Assembly (NCBI GenBank): GCA_903822075.1 | Contig: CAIJNK010000021.1 | Location: 13,112-77,111, forward strand | Reading direction: 5' to 3' | Source: an uncultured bacterium | Lineage (GTDB): Bacteria; Patescibacteriota; Minisyncoccia; Phycocordibacterales; GWA1-40-21 | DNA: 64,000 bases | Part shown: positions 26,859 through 36,729 of the stretch, in pieces | Numbering within the stretch: the first letter of the stretch is position 1 | Layout of the letters: each line of letters begins with the position of its first letter | Program-made: the position numbers and the translations under genes | Notes under the pieces: model-generated | Database searches by the model: none | The model's input: the letters and a program-made list of their open reading frames with translations, nothing else | What the model was told of the DNA's origin: nothing

Positions 26859-27212
26859 CTACTTAGCCTTGCTGGTGCTGGTACTTTTAGGAGCGACAAC
26901 GGCGGAATTTTCTATACCGATCGGTAGAAAAGGGTTCTTACGCCCGGCCACCTGAGTATCCAGACCTCGTTCAAAACTTTTAAGACTAACAAAAACTTTA
27001 TCCGAAAAGACCGAATCATCCAAAGTTACTGAGTTCAATTGATCTAACATTGCCAAAATAACTTGTCCATCGGCAAACTGAACGGGAGTGCCGGTATCGG
27101 CGACTAAGGCCACATCTACTGAATCTTTATTGGGAAAAAATATTTTATAGGCGACAAAAATAACGGCGATTATGACAATGGCGATTATTATTTGTTTGGT
27201 ATTTTTAGCCAT
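26859..27212 (-). CDS. Pilus-associated membrane protein (PilP position)
   Basis: N-terminal TM and GRKNPF motif; follows pilO. Confidence 0.7.
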   Translation of the reverse strand: MAKNTKQIIIAIVIIAVIFVAYKIFFPNKDSVDVALVADTGTPVQFADGQVILAMLDQLNSVTLDDSVFSDKVFVSLKSFERGLDTQVAGRKNPFLPIGIENSAVVAPKSTSTSKAK

Positions 27213-27224
27213 GATTTTAATAAT

Positions 27225-27788
27225 TTATTTTAACCAATAAGTTTTCAGACCGACGGAAAAATCATACAAACCGGTGTTATTCCCAGAAACCGACAGATCG
27301 GTAATTTCAACCAAACGTAAACTCTTCTCTAGATCTGCGAGAAAATCTTGAAACTTTTCATAAGTGGCACTGACTGAAAAAGAGATTCCGACCGTCCCAT
27401 ACTTACTGGTATCAGCACCTAATTTATTCGGGTCGATCTTGGCGTTAGTATCCAATCGCGCTCCCTTTAAAGTGAGATTATGCTGATTGGCAATATTCGT
27501 CATATCAATGATTAACTTGATATTATCAATATTATCGGGCAGGAGTTTGTTTAATCTTTCAAGATTATCTGAACTGAAAGAGTCTTTCTTGGTTTCTAGG
27601 GCCTGCTTTTTATCTTTGATTGCCCCGGTGTTATTCAGAGCTTTTTGATACTGTTCATCCTCTGTTTGTAAGTTTTTAATACTCGCAGCGCCGTAGCTAA
27701 CCGCGTCTCCACGATAAACAGGATCGGTATACATAAAAAATGTCCCGATAGAGATTATTATTAGAATGATTGGGGTTATGATATTCAT
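27225..27788 (-). CDS. pilO: PilO-like protein
   Basis: KLLPD, FLADLEKSLRLVEI, TYWLK; synteny. Confidence 0.8.
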   Translation of the reverse strand: MNIITPIILIIISIGTFFMYTDPVYRGDAVSYGAASIKNLQTEDEQYQKALNNTGAIKDKKQALETKKDSFSSDNLERLNKLLPDNIDNIKLIIDMTNIANQHNLTLKGARLDTNAKIDPNKLGADTSKYGTVGISFSVSATYEKFQDFLADLEKSLRLVEITDLSVSGNNTGLYDFSVGLKTYWLK

Positions 27789-27799
27789 ATTTTTAATGA

Positions 27800-28450
27800 T
27801 TATAGCGTTGGAGTGGTGGTGGCTGTAGTGGTGGCCTCTGGAGCGCTAGGAAAATTTTGACCGTTGGCAACGCTTTCACCGTAAGTAACCAACTTGGAAT
27901 CGATTAGAGCGCTAAAATTAAAAGACACCGTGCCATCCGGATTAAGATTAAAATCAGACACCACCGGTTGTGAAATAAATCCACTTAAATCATCTTTACC
28001 GAAGGCATCGGACTGCCTGGACAAAGCGTCATAGTTCTTGGCAATGCCCGCTAAATCAATCTTGATATTATCGACGCCACCATAAGAAAATTTAAAACTT
28101 TTTAACTGAACGTTTTGGACTATTTTTTTCTGTAACAGGACAAAGACTGGAGTGACGGCTAAATGCTGACTTAACAGACTCTTTGTTTGCTCTATTCGGT
28201 CATTTAAGCGCAACAAAGGTTCAATAGTGGCCTCATCATAATTATCTTTTTCCGCCACCAGAGCCGCCTTGTCTTTATCTACTTGTGCAACCAAAGATGT
28301 ACGCCACAACCAAACAAAACCAGCTAGGGCTAGAGAAGTAATAAAAAGAATAATAGAAAGGAGTAAAAATAAGCTAATACTGGAACCTCCAATACGGCCG
28401 GCGGTTACCGGTTTTTTGGGTATAAAAGATGTTTGCATTTTTACTTCCAT
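27800..28450 (-). CDS. pilN: PilN-like protein
   Basis: TSFIPK, TM, coiled coil, LAGIAKNYDAL; lies between pilM and pilO. Confidence 0.72.
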   Translation of the reverse strand: MEVKMQTSFIPKKPVTAGRIGGSSISLFLLLSIILFITSLALAGFVWLWRTSLVAQVDKDKAALVAEKDNYDEATIEPLLRLNDRIEQTKSLLSQHLAVTPVFVLLQKKIVQNVQLKSFKFSYGGVDNIKIDLAGIAKNYDALSRQSDAFGKDDLSGFISQPVVSDFNLNPDGTVSFNFSALIDSKLVTYGESVANGQNFPSAPEATTTATTTPTL

Positions 28451-28501
28451 ATTCTTGCACTATTATAATACTAATCAAAAATAAAAGCTATCAACAACAA
28501 G

Positions 28502-29626
28502 TTATCCCATGTCCTGCAGACGTCTGAGGGCCAGACCAATGGCCACAGCAAAGGATGGCCCGGCCTGCTTCAAGACATTTTCAAGAAAAGCGGGATACTC
28601 GAGCTTCGAAAACGGATCGGCCAAGGCAACTGGCACACTGAAGCTGGCTTCAGCCTTTTCTCGGAGACCCTTGAGCAATACCCCGCCACCGGTCAGGAAT
28701 ATTTTGCTGATGTTTCGCCCAGTCTTCTTTTGGTAATTCAGGAGAACCCGGCTTATTTCAGAAAAAATATAATCCAAAGTCAGTGAAGTAATCTCGTTAA
28801 TATCCATCGATTCATTTTCTTTTTTCAAAAGTCCTCTTTCTCTTTTTATTTTTTCCGCCTCCTCCACTTTAATACCCAAAGATTTGGAAATAGCCAGAGT
28901 AATATCTTGCGAACCGCGACTAATCATATGCGAGGTGCGCAAGATCCCTTTTTCAATGATGTAAACTTTGGTCGAACCAGAACCAAAGTCAATTATCATC
29001 TGCGGTGCCGTACCCGGCTCCAAGACCGAACGCATGGAACTAAATATTTCTATCTCAGAAAATTGAGTATCAAGTTTGGCAATTTGCGTAATTTCTTTAT
29101 TCTTGGCCATCGCATCATTATGAATGACCACGAGAAGAACGTCGATTGTTTTGTCATCCGGTTTCTCCTCGCTATTTTGATATTCAGAAACAATATTTTC
29201 GTTTCTTGGAATAACCAAGTAATCCAGACTAACTTCGGAAATAGGCACCGGAATATATTTTCTGGCCTCGAGCGGAATCATCTGGGCGAGCTGCTTGGGG
29301 TCCGTTTTGGGCAACTTAATAAAGGAGACCAAACTTGACCCCATGGGAATGGAGATTCCACATTTATTAGTGGTAACATTTGATTCACGCAAAACATCCA
29401 CCACCGCTTGAGCGGTTTGTTCGGTCGTTAGGTTAGTAGCCCGACCAATTTCTACGCCGGCATAAGGACCAAGGGACAATTCGCCGTAGGTTTCAAGTAT
29501 AGCCCTTCCTTTCCTCCTTTTTAACTGGACAACCTTGATGGAAGACGGGCCAATATCAATACCCAGGACACTTTTATTGTTGTCGCTTTGAAAAGCGCTT
29601 TTGAAAAAATTAACTATATCAATCAT
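28502..29626 (-). CDS. pilM: Pilus assembly protein PilM
   Basis: LGIDIGPSSIKVVQL, EARKYIPVP, IDFGSGST, LTGGG, AIGLALR. Confidence 0.95.
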   Translation of the reverse strand: MIDIVNFFKSAFQSDNNKSVLGIDIGPSSIKVVQLKRRKGRAILETYGELSLGPYAGVEIGRATNLTTEQTAQAVVDVLRESNVTTNKCGISIPMGSSLVSFIKLPKTDPKQLAQMIPLEARKYIPVPISEVSLDYLVIPRNENIVSEYQNSEEKPDDKTIDVLLVVIHNDAMAKNKEITQIAKLDTQFSEIEIFSSMRSVLEPGTAPQMIIDFGSGSTKVYIIEKGILRTSHMISRGSQDITLAISKSLGIKVEEAEKIKRERGLLKKENESMDINEITSLTLDYIFSEISRVLLNYQKKTGRNISKIFLTGGGVLLKGLREKAEASFSVPVALADPFSKLEYPAFLENVLKQAGPSFAVAIGLALRRLQDMG

Positions 29627-29668
29627 GTTTGTATACTATTTACGCATTGTATTATATCATACCTAGAA

Positions 29669-30391
29669 ATGAATAACAGAACCATAGCCCGGCTCAAAGA
29701 ATTAACAAATTGGGTAATGGACGGGCTGGCCGATATCCTTCTCCCTAAAGAAAGAAAGGTTCGGTTTTTGGAAACGCTTGGGCCTGATGGTCTCTTCACC
29801 AAGATCCCCCGGTCAGAAAACTTCGATTTTGATACGGACAAGATAAAAGCGATCTTTAATTATAAGACCGTTCTTTGCCGGCAGGCCATTTGGGAGATAA
29901 AATACCGGGCCAACGCCAAACTGATCAGTGATTTCAGCCGACTTTTATATGAGTTCATTTTGGAAGAACTCGGTGATTTGGAAACTTTCAACAATTTTAC
30001 AAATATAATTTTAATCCCCATTCCCTCTTCCAAAGAACGGCAACGGGAGAAGGGTTTTAATCAGTGCGTTCTCATAACTCGCGAACTTCTCAAAATTGAC
30101 CGAGAGAGGAATAGCCATATTTTTACTTTAAGCGAAAATTTTCTTGTCAAAGAAAAGGACACTGCCCACCAGGCCAGAGTCAGTAATCGCCGATTGCGTT
30201 TGAAAAATTTGATAAATACTTTTAGCGTTAATAACACTGGCCTGACCGACTTCGGAAAACTCTCGGAATACTCCTTCATTATCATAGATGATGTCATCAC
30301 CACCGGTGCCACCATGACGGAAGCCTTTCGCACCCTCAAATCTGCCGGCGTCTCTCTTTCAAAAATCCGCGGCTTCGCTCTGGCGCATTAA
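29669..30391 (+). CDS. comF: ComF family phosphoribosyltransferase-like competence protein
   Basis: IPIP, KGFNQ, IIIDDVITTGAT; divergent from pilM. Confidence 0.88.
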   Translation: MNNRTIARLKELTNWVMDGLADILLPKERKVRFLETLGPDGLFTKIPRSENFDFDTDKIKAIFNYKTVLCRQAIWEIKYRANAKLISDFSRLLYEFILEELGDLETFNNFTNIILIPIPSSKERQREKGFNQCVLITRELLKIDRERNSHIFTLSENFLVKEKDTAHQARVSNRRLRLKNLINTFSVNNTGLTDFGKLSEYSFIIIDDVITTGATMTEAFRTLKSAGVSLSKIRGFALAH

Positions 30392-30414
30392 AAGACTTGT
30401 GCTATTATCTAGAT

Positions 30415-31731
30415 ATGAAATTTATTCTCGGGAAAAATAAACCGTGGATTTTTATTGGAGTCATTAGTGTTATCCCCCTACTGATTTGGTTGTTTATGCT
30501 GCCCGTGAATAACCGTTTTAGTAACTCCTTTGAGACAATGACGAGTTTGGGCCAAATTTCCGCTCTATTAGGCTTTTCCTTGATGGCGGTGAATATTATT
30601 CTGACCGCCCGTTTTCATTTCTTAGACCGAATCTTCTACGGACTAAATCATGTTTATGTAAAACATCATCTGATCGGCTCGGTCGCCCTTATTCTGCTCT
30701 TGTTTCATCCGCTGATTTTAGCTGTCCGCTATCTGGCTATTTCCACGCAAGCGGCAGCTCTGTTCTTATTACCCAACCTAAATTCATGGCCGCAAACTCT
30801 TGGTACCATTTCTCTCTTGATCATGATGGTCCTCCTTTTTTTCACTTTTTATCTAGCTTGGCAATATCACATTTGGAAATTTTTCCACCGGTTTCTTACC
30901 CTGGCTTTTCTTATTGGCTTTTTCCATGTTGCCTTTATCACAAGTGACGTTTCGGCTAATCTATTTCTACGCTCATACCTATTAAGCTTGGGTGCTTTGG
31001 CCCTCATTGCCTATGGTTACCGTTTGCTCGTGGAGTTTGGCCAATATGGCAAGTTTGGCTACGTCGTGTCCAAAATTCGAAAGATTAATTCGGACGTTTT
31101 GGAATTTAGCTTGGAACCAGTGGGCCAACCGATCAAATACCTGCCCGGTCAATTTACCTTTCTCTCCGTGGAGCAGGAAAATTTCAGCCGGGAAGAACAC
31201 CCCTTCTCTTTTGTTTCTGTGCCGGCCGATCGGGAAATTAAATTTACAATAAAAGCCTTGGGTGAACACACTCGTCTTCTGGCCAATTTGAAGCTCGGCT
31301 CTTTTATTTTTGCGGAAGGACCATATGGCTCTTTTGGTCAACCAGAACATAGTGGTTTACCGGCGAAGAAAGAGATTTGGATTGCCGGCGGAATCGGCAT
31401 AACTCCTTTTGTCAGTCTGGCACATGATATGGAGAAAAGCGGCCGCCGGGCAGATCTGTACCTATCCTTCCGTTCGCCGGAAGAAGATATTTATGTTGAT
31501 GACCTGAAAGACCTGGCCTTAAAGAATCCGGGATTAAAAGTGTTCGTTCACTACAGCCGTAATGAAGGTTACCTGACAGCCGATAAAGTGGAAAGGCTAA
31601 GCGGGCCGCTAAGCGGTTTACCCATTCATATTTGCGGACCAATCCCGTTAATGCAATCTTTAAGAAAACAGTTTATAATTAAAGGCGTAAACAATAATAA
31701 TATTCACTCGGAAGAATTTGATTTTAAATAA
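30415..31731 (+). CDS. Ferric-reductase-like TM domain + FAD/NAD-binding oxidoreductase
   Basis: TM His residues (KHH, FHP, FHR, FHV), PGQF, EHPFS, EGPYG, AGGIGITPF, CGP, EEF. Confidence 0.9.
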   Translation: MKFILGKNKPWIFIGVISVIPLLIWLFMLPVNNRFSNSFETMTSLGQISALLGFSLMAVNIILTARFHFLDRIFYGLNHVYVKHHLIGSVALILLLFHPLILAVRYLAISTQAAALFLLPNLNSWPQTLGTISLLIMMVLLFFTFYLAWQYHIWKFFHRFLTLAFLIGFFHVAFITSDVSANLFLRSYLLSLGALALIAYGYRLLVEFGQYGKFGYVVSKIRKINSDVLEFSLEPVGQPIKYLPGQFTFLSVEQENFSREEHPFSFVSVPADREIKFTIKALGEHTRLLANLKLGSFIFAEGPYGSFGQPEHSGLPAKKEIWIAGGIGITPFVSLAHDMEKSGRRADLYLSFRSPEEDIYVDDLKDLALKNPGLKVFVHYSRNEGYLTADKVERLSGPLSGLPIHICGPIPLMQSLRKQFIIKGVNNNNIHSEEFDFK

Positions 31732-31738
31732 ATTAACC

Positions 31739-32368
31739 ATGAAAAATTACATCACTATTTCCTTATTTATTTTTTGGGCTGTCGTCGTTGCTATTCTGAC
31801 GGCCGGTTTGGTTTTTTATAACAACAATAATACTCCACTGCCGATTACGGCTAATTCGGGAACAAACTCCACCACCACAAATACTATTGCCAGCACGCCA
31901 GTCGGCTCGAACACCATTAGCGGTTCCAAAGCAAATAAAACAAGCGCACCAAGAGTTACTTCCCCGGCCAATATCAATACCGCCCAGACACCGGTAATCA
32001 CTCCTGCGCCAGCTCCAACCAATAATTCCGTCGTCCTGAGTGCTGCTGAAGTGGCCAAACATAATACGGCCAGTGACTGTTGGATGATTTTGAGCGGAAA
32101 AGTTTACAATTTTACCTCCTTCATCCCTAGCCATCCCGGCGGTTCGTCCATGGTTCCCTACTGCGGACGAGACGGCACCAGTTCCTTCGTGAGCGGTCCG
32201 CCCCACCGGCATTCATCTTTTGCCGACAGCCTGCTTCCGAACTACTATATCGGTGACTTGAATCAAGCGGTGTCTGCCAATCAGACACCGCTTTTGTCTC
32301 CCCCAAACACTTCACCTGCCTTACCGGCCAATCTTCAAAACGGTGATAATGAGGGCAATGATGATTAA
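31739..32368 (+). CDS. Membrane-anchored cytochrome b5-like protein
   Basis: TM, Thr/Asn/Pro linker, EVAKHN..DCW...GKVYN..FIPSHPGG...CGRDGT...H. Confidence 0.88.
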   Translation: MKNYITISLFIFWAVVVAILTAGLVFYNNNNTPLPITANSGTNSTTTNTIASTPVGSNTISGSKANKTSAPRVTSPANINTAQTPVITPAPAPTNNSVVLSAAEVAKHNTASDCWMILSGKVYNFTSFIPSHPGGSSMVPYCGRDGTSSFVSGPPHRHSSFADSLLPNYYIGDLNQAVSANQTPLLSPPNTSPALPANLQNGDNEGNDD

Positions 32369-32373
32369 ATAAT

Positions 32374-32991
32374 ATGAAACTTTTTCTAACATCCATCGGC
32401 CTGCCCAATAAAAAAATAAGAGAAGCTTTTTTAGCTATCCTACCCAAAGAGCCAAAACTTTGCTCCGTCCTGCTTATCGCTTATATCCGCACCAAAGAAG
32501 AAGAAAAATTTCTGATTTTCCTGAAAAAAGAAATGACCAAAGTTGGCATAACGGACATTTATTTTTTTAACCTTAAGAAAGAAATTTTTGCTGAAACCAC
32601 AGAAAGCAAAAAAACTTATGACATCATTTACATGTCCGGTGGCAGTACTTTTGAAATGCTGGAACGGATCCGCCAAACCAAAGTTGATTCATTCATCAAG
32701 AAATATTCCGCTAGGAAAAACGCCATCTACTTTGCTTTAAGCGCCGGCAGTATCATCGCCGGGCCAAACATTGAAACCGCCGGCTGGGGCAGTGAAGCGG
32801 ATGATAACCCACTCAATTTAAAAAACCTGACCGGTCTCAAACTCACCAACCTTGCCATATTCCCCCATTTCAAAAAGAGGCTTGAAAAAGAAGTGACCGC
32901 CTTTCAAAATAAAGTCACCTATCCTATTATCCCCCTCACCGACAAACAAGCAGTACTCATAGAAGATAAAAAATATAAGGTAATTGGATAA
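32374..32991 (+). CDS. Peptidase S51 (PepE-like)
   Basis: KLFLTS, YMSGGST, SAGSII, FPHF. Confidence 0.85.
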   Translation: MKLFLTSIGLPNKKIREAFLAILPKEPKLCSVLLIAYIRTKEEEKFLIFLKKEMTKVGITDIYFFNLKKEIFAETTESKKTYDIIYMSGGSTFEMLERIRQTKVDSFIKKYSARKNAIYFALSAGSIIAGPNIETAGWGSEADDNPLNLKNLTGLKLTNLAIFPHFKKRLEKEVTAFQNKVTYPIIPLTDKQAVLIEDKKYKVIG

Positions 32992-32993
32992 AA

Positions 32994-33392
32994 TTATCTA
33001 TTCAAATAAGTAATCGTCAGCTGTAAAACAGTGGCAAAAGATACCCAAGCTAAATATGGGATTTGGATATAAGTCACCCAGTGAGCATAAGGATAAATAG
33101 CAATCGTGAGCCAGATAAGAGTACTGAGGACCAGGAGGATATCCACGGCCGACAGGAAATTATTCTTCAGGCCAAATTGAAAATAAGTAAAAGAAAAATT
33201 AAAGACTAGATTTAAAATAAAAGGCAGAATGACAATAAACGGAATCTTTTTGGTCAAAAACAAATAACCAACGTAACCGTAGGAAATGGCAATCAAGACA
33301 TATAAAAAAGTCCAGACCGGACCAAAGAGCCAGGAGGGTGGTGACCAGGTAGGTTTAATCAGTTGCGAATACCAGTTATAAGCTTTGTTCAT
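32994..33392 (-). CDS. tspO: TspO/MBR tryptophan-rich sensory protein
   Basis: WYSQLIKPTWSPPSWLFGPVWTFLY, PYLAWVSFAT. Confidence 0.93.
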   Translation of the reverse strand: MNKAYNWYSQLIKPTWSPPSWLFGPVWTFLYVLIAISYGYVGYLFLTKKIPFIVILPFILNLVFNFSFTYFQFGLKNNFLSAVDILLVLSTLIWLTIAIYPYAHWVTYIQIPYLAWVSFATVLQLTITYLNR

Positions 33393-33407
33393 AACTGGTA
33401 TTATACC

Positions 33408-33926
33408 CTATTTCAACAATCTCGGGAATAAGTTTTGCACTTTTTCCACTTTGGTTTGAATAACATTTTGGCTGTAGACGTTGTCGGAATTGTGATGATA
33501 ATAATTCAAATGTTCCTTTTCCGCCCGATAGAAACGGTCAATCAATTTCACTTTCGTGACAATCGGCTCACCGGCATCCAGCAAATGTTTGAGATGCTTC
33601 TCAACAATTTCTTTTTGTTTCTTGTCCGAATACAAGATAATGGAACGATACTGTGTGCCGATGTCATCACCTTGACGATTCAATGTCGTGGCATCATGAC
33701 TGGCAAAAAAGACCGCAAGCAAATCCTCCAATTTAATTTGCTCCGGATCATAATCCACTCTGACCACTTCCGCATGACCGGTCTCCCCCGTCTGCACCTG
33801 CTCATAAGTGGGAAATTTCTTGTCTCCACCGGCATAACCTGGCATCACGGCGGACACACCCCTCAAGAGTTTAAACACTGCCTCGGTACACCAGAAACAA
33901 CCGCCGCCAAAATAAATAGTTTCCAT
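33408..33926 (-). CDS. msrA: Peptide-methionine (S)-S-oxide reductase
   Basis: GGGCFWC, GYAGG, TGHAE, RQGDDIGTQYRS. Confidence 0.95.
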   Translation of the reverse strand: METIYFGGGCFWCTEAVFKLLRGVSAVMPGYAGGDKKFPTYEQVQTGETGHAEVVRVDYDPEQIKLEDLLAVFFASHDATTLNRQGDDIGTQYRSIILYSDKKQKEIVEKHLKHLLDAGEPIVTKVKLIDRFYRAEKEHLNYYHHNSDNVYSQNVIQTKVEKVQNLFPRLLK

Positions 33927-34027
33927 TTTATTTTATTAGATTATTAAAAAATAATGTTAATAAAAACATTTTTCGTTGCTTTCAATGTCCATATTACGTC
34001 CAATTAGGTTAAAAGATTATGAAAAAA

Positions 34028-35902
34028 CTATTTTTTCTTCACATAAAGTGAGAAAATACGAACAGAGTTTCCTAGAGGTAGAAAGTCAGTCAAGAAATTA
34101 TACAGAGCGGCGCTCGTCGGCACCAAAACACCGGCAAAAACCAAGGCTAAACCAACCACATTGCTTATCCCCCAAATCAAAAAATCCTGATTGGCAATCT
34201 TCATGGTGTACTTGGAAACCCGTATCAGTCTGGCAATCTGAGAGAAATCGTCTTTCATTAAAACGATGTCGGATGATTCAATGGCCACATCCATTCCGAT
34301 ACTCCCCATGGAAATCCCCACGTCCGCGAGTGACAGGGCCGCCGCGTCGTTAACGCCATCCCCCACCATGGCCACCTTATATTTAGAGTTAAGTTCTTTT
34401 TTAATATAGGCCAGTTTTTGTTCCGGCAAAAGATTGGGGTAAAAATGCGTGACCCCTAACTTGTCTGCCAGTCTCTTGGCCACCCGCTCGTTGTCCCCAG
34501 TGAGCATGATTATTTTTTCCACCCCCAGCATTTTAAGTTCGGCAATATTTTTAGCCAATTGCGGTTTCACCTCATCGGACAAAACAAAGAAACCCTGAAT
34601 GCGTCCCTCGGCGCCTATCACCGTGACATTGAAGCCTTGTTCTTCCTCAGTCAGAATTTTTTTATGCAAGTCCGGAGCGACGGCAAAGCCAAACTCTTCC
34701 GCAAAGGATGGCCGACCCAGCAAGACCTTTTGCTTGCCGATCTCCGCGGTCACCCCTTTGCCCGGAATCTCCCGTGTTGTCTTTACTTCTTCGTCTACCG
34801 CCTGATGCTTGCCGTCCAGATATTCCAAAATAGCTTTTGAGATCGGATGGTCAGACTGTTCGGTAATAGTTTTAGCCAAACTGGCCAGATCCGCACAACT
34901 ATTTCCGGCACACTCAAACTTTTCTACTTTTAGCCGGCCTTTGGTAAGAGTGCCGGTCTTGTCCACAAACATAACCTTGACCTGACCCAAGGCTTCCAAA
35001 TAACTGGCTCCTTTAATGATAGCGCCGTTTTTGGCACAGTAGCTCACGGCCGTGAGGAAAGCCAAAGGCACGGCCACGGCCACGTCATCCGCACAGACCA
35101 CCAGCATGATAGCCAGAATCATTTTTAAGTTATAGCCCAGAAAAAGCAAAATAATCGCCCCGGCAAAAACCACAATCAAATAAATGGAAGCAAACTTTTC
35201 GGCTGTCGTATGAATGTCCGGCTTTTCCAATTGTGCTCCTTCCACCAGTTTGATGATTTTTTCCAAAGTTGTTTCCGTGCCCACTTTTTCGGCTCGAATA
35301 GTCAAGTGACCACTTTCAACCAAAGTGGAGCTCCAGGCTTTGTCCCCCTTCTTTTTGGCCACCGGCAGGGATTCACCGGTCAAAGATGACTCGTTCACAT
35401 CCGCCTCACCGGACACCACCTCACCGTCCACTGGCACGCGTTCACCCAGATCTACCAACACAAAATCCCCAATCATCACTTCGCTCGGCGAAACTTCTTT
35501 CACCGTTCCGCCCCGCTCCACTTTGATCTTGGTGGGTTTCAGCTTGAGCAGGCCGTCAATATTCTTGCGCGCCCGCGCCTCGTTATAAGACATGAAGATG
35601 CGGGCGGAAGCGAGCATCAAGTTTATAAACACCGCGGACAGCCACTCATGGGCCAGCAAGGAAAAAATCAACGCCACACTGGCCAAAAGATCCACGGAAA
35701 TGCGCCGCGTCTGCAAAGATTTGAAAGCGCTGTACAAGACCGGTAAAGTGCCGAGGATAGCGGTTAACAGGAGAAAATAATTACCGCCTTTTCCCGCGAG
35801 GGACTGTGGGTCCAGATTTAAAACGGAAATGAAAATAGCACCGAGTAACAAAATCACTAGCCCGACATCAAACTTGCTGACATAATCAAACGCTCGCTTC
35901 AT
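34028..35902 (-). CDS. P1B-type heavy-metal ATPase
   Basis: LTGES, DKTGTLT, SDHP, MLTGD, GDGVNDA; TM motif VCADD. Confidence 0.93.
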   Translation of the reverse strand: MKRAFDYVSKFDVGLVILLLGAIFISVLNLDPQSLAGKGGNYFLLLTAILGTLPVLYSAFKSLQTRRISVDLLASVALIFSLLAHEWLSAVFINLMLASARIFMSYNEARARKNIDGLLKLKPTKIKVERGGTVKEVSPSEVMIGDFVLVDLGERVPVDGEVVSGEADVNESSLTGESLPVAKKKGDKAWSSTLVESGHLTIRAEKVGTETTLEKIIKLVEGAQLEKPDIHTTAEKFASIYLIVVFAGAIILLFLGYNLKMILAIMLVVCADDVAVAVPLAFLTAVSYCAKNGAIIKGASYLEALGQVKVMFVDKTGTLTKGRLKVEKFECAGNSCADLASLAKTITEQSDHPISKAILEYLDGKHQAVDEEVKTTREIPGKGVTAEIGKQKVLLGRPSFAEEFGFAVAPDLHKKILTEEEQGFNVTVIGAEGRIQGFFVLSDEVKPQLAKNIAELKMLGVEKIIMLTGDNERVAKRLADKLGVTHFYPNLLPEQKLAYIKKELNSKYKVAMVGDGVNDAAALSLADVGISMGSIGMDVAIESSDIVLMKDDFSQIARLIRVSKYTMKIANQDFLIWGISNVVGLALVFAGVLVPTSAALYNFLTDFLPLGNSVRIFSLYVKKK

Positions 35903-35941
35903 ATAAAGACTATTTTACCTTATTTATCAGGCAAAACACAA

Positions 35942-36493
35942 TCAAGCGAGCCTTAAACTCTTTCTTATTTCCCGGTAATTTGGAATGGTTTGCCCCACTA
36001 AATACCAAAAATTATTGGAATGATTAAACTCTTGCAAATGGCATAATTCATGAACCACAATATAATCCCGGATTTCCTCTGGCAAAAAAACCAGCTTATA
36101 ATTAAAATTTAAGTTGCCCTGTTTGGAGCAACTTCCCCATCGGCTCCGCTGATTCCGAATGCTTACCCGATTAAATTTGAGACCGTAGTATTGGTTAAAA
36201 TAGTTCAACTGTTCCAAGACCAGCGCCAAGGCCCGATCCTTATTTTCCCGGTAATCCTTCTTAGAACTTTTTGGCACAAACCGCAAGGGCGAGCTTAAAA
36301 ATTTCTGCACCCGAGGGATAATCCACTCTTTTTTCTCCTGGACAAACTTATCCAGGATTTTCAAATCAAAAAACCTTGGCACGGTGGCCACCACCCGCCC
36401 ATCCCGGTGAATAGTTACCCGCAGGCGCCTGGCCCGGGCGCTTCTTTTCACTTCATATTCAATGTCCTCAAACTTCTCCATCCGTGAAATCAT
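35942..36493 (-). CDS. YgjP/DUF45 (M48-like) metallohydrolase
   Basis: SRWGSCS, YIVVHELCHL, NHS..FW. Confidence 0.9.
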   Translation of the reverse strand: MISRMEKFEDIEYEVKRSARARRLRVTIHRDGRVVATVPRFFDLKILDKFVQEKKEWIIPRVQKFLSSPLRFVPKSSKKDYRENKDRALALVLEQLNYFNQYYGLKFNRVSIRNQRSRWGSCSKQGNLNFNYKLVFLPEEIRDYIVVHELCHLQEFNHSNNFWYLVGQTIPNYREIRKSLRLA

Positions 36494-36618
36494 TTACTGC
36501 TATGCGCCAAAATAAAATTCACCAGATTATCCACCCAGTATTTTTGCGTACAAAGCAAAATAATGCCAACGATTATTAAAACTAAAAGAATGAGCCGAAT
36601 CACGTTTATTGTTTTCAT
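36490..36618 (-). CDS. Small (42 aa) membrane protein missing from the ORF track
   Basis: MKTINVIRLILLVLIIVGIILLCTQKYWVDNLVNFILAHSSK*; its stop overlaps the next ATG (ATGA). Confidence 0.6.
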   Translation of the reverse strand: MKTINVIRLILLVLIIVGIILLCTQKYWVDNLVNFILAHSSK

Positions 36619-36729
36619 GGTTATATTTTACCTTATTTTAAAATTATTTGCTCGGATAACTTGTTCATTTACCATTAAAAAAAGGGCCAGCAAGCTGACC
36701 CCCCCCTTCGCTTCGAACTCGTCCCCTCC

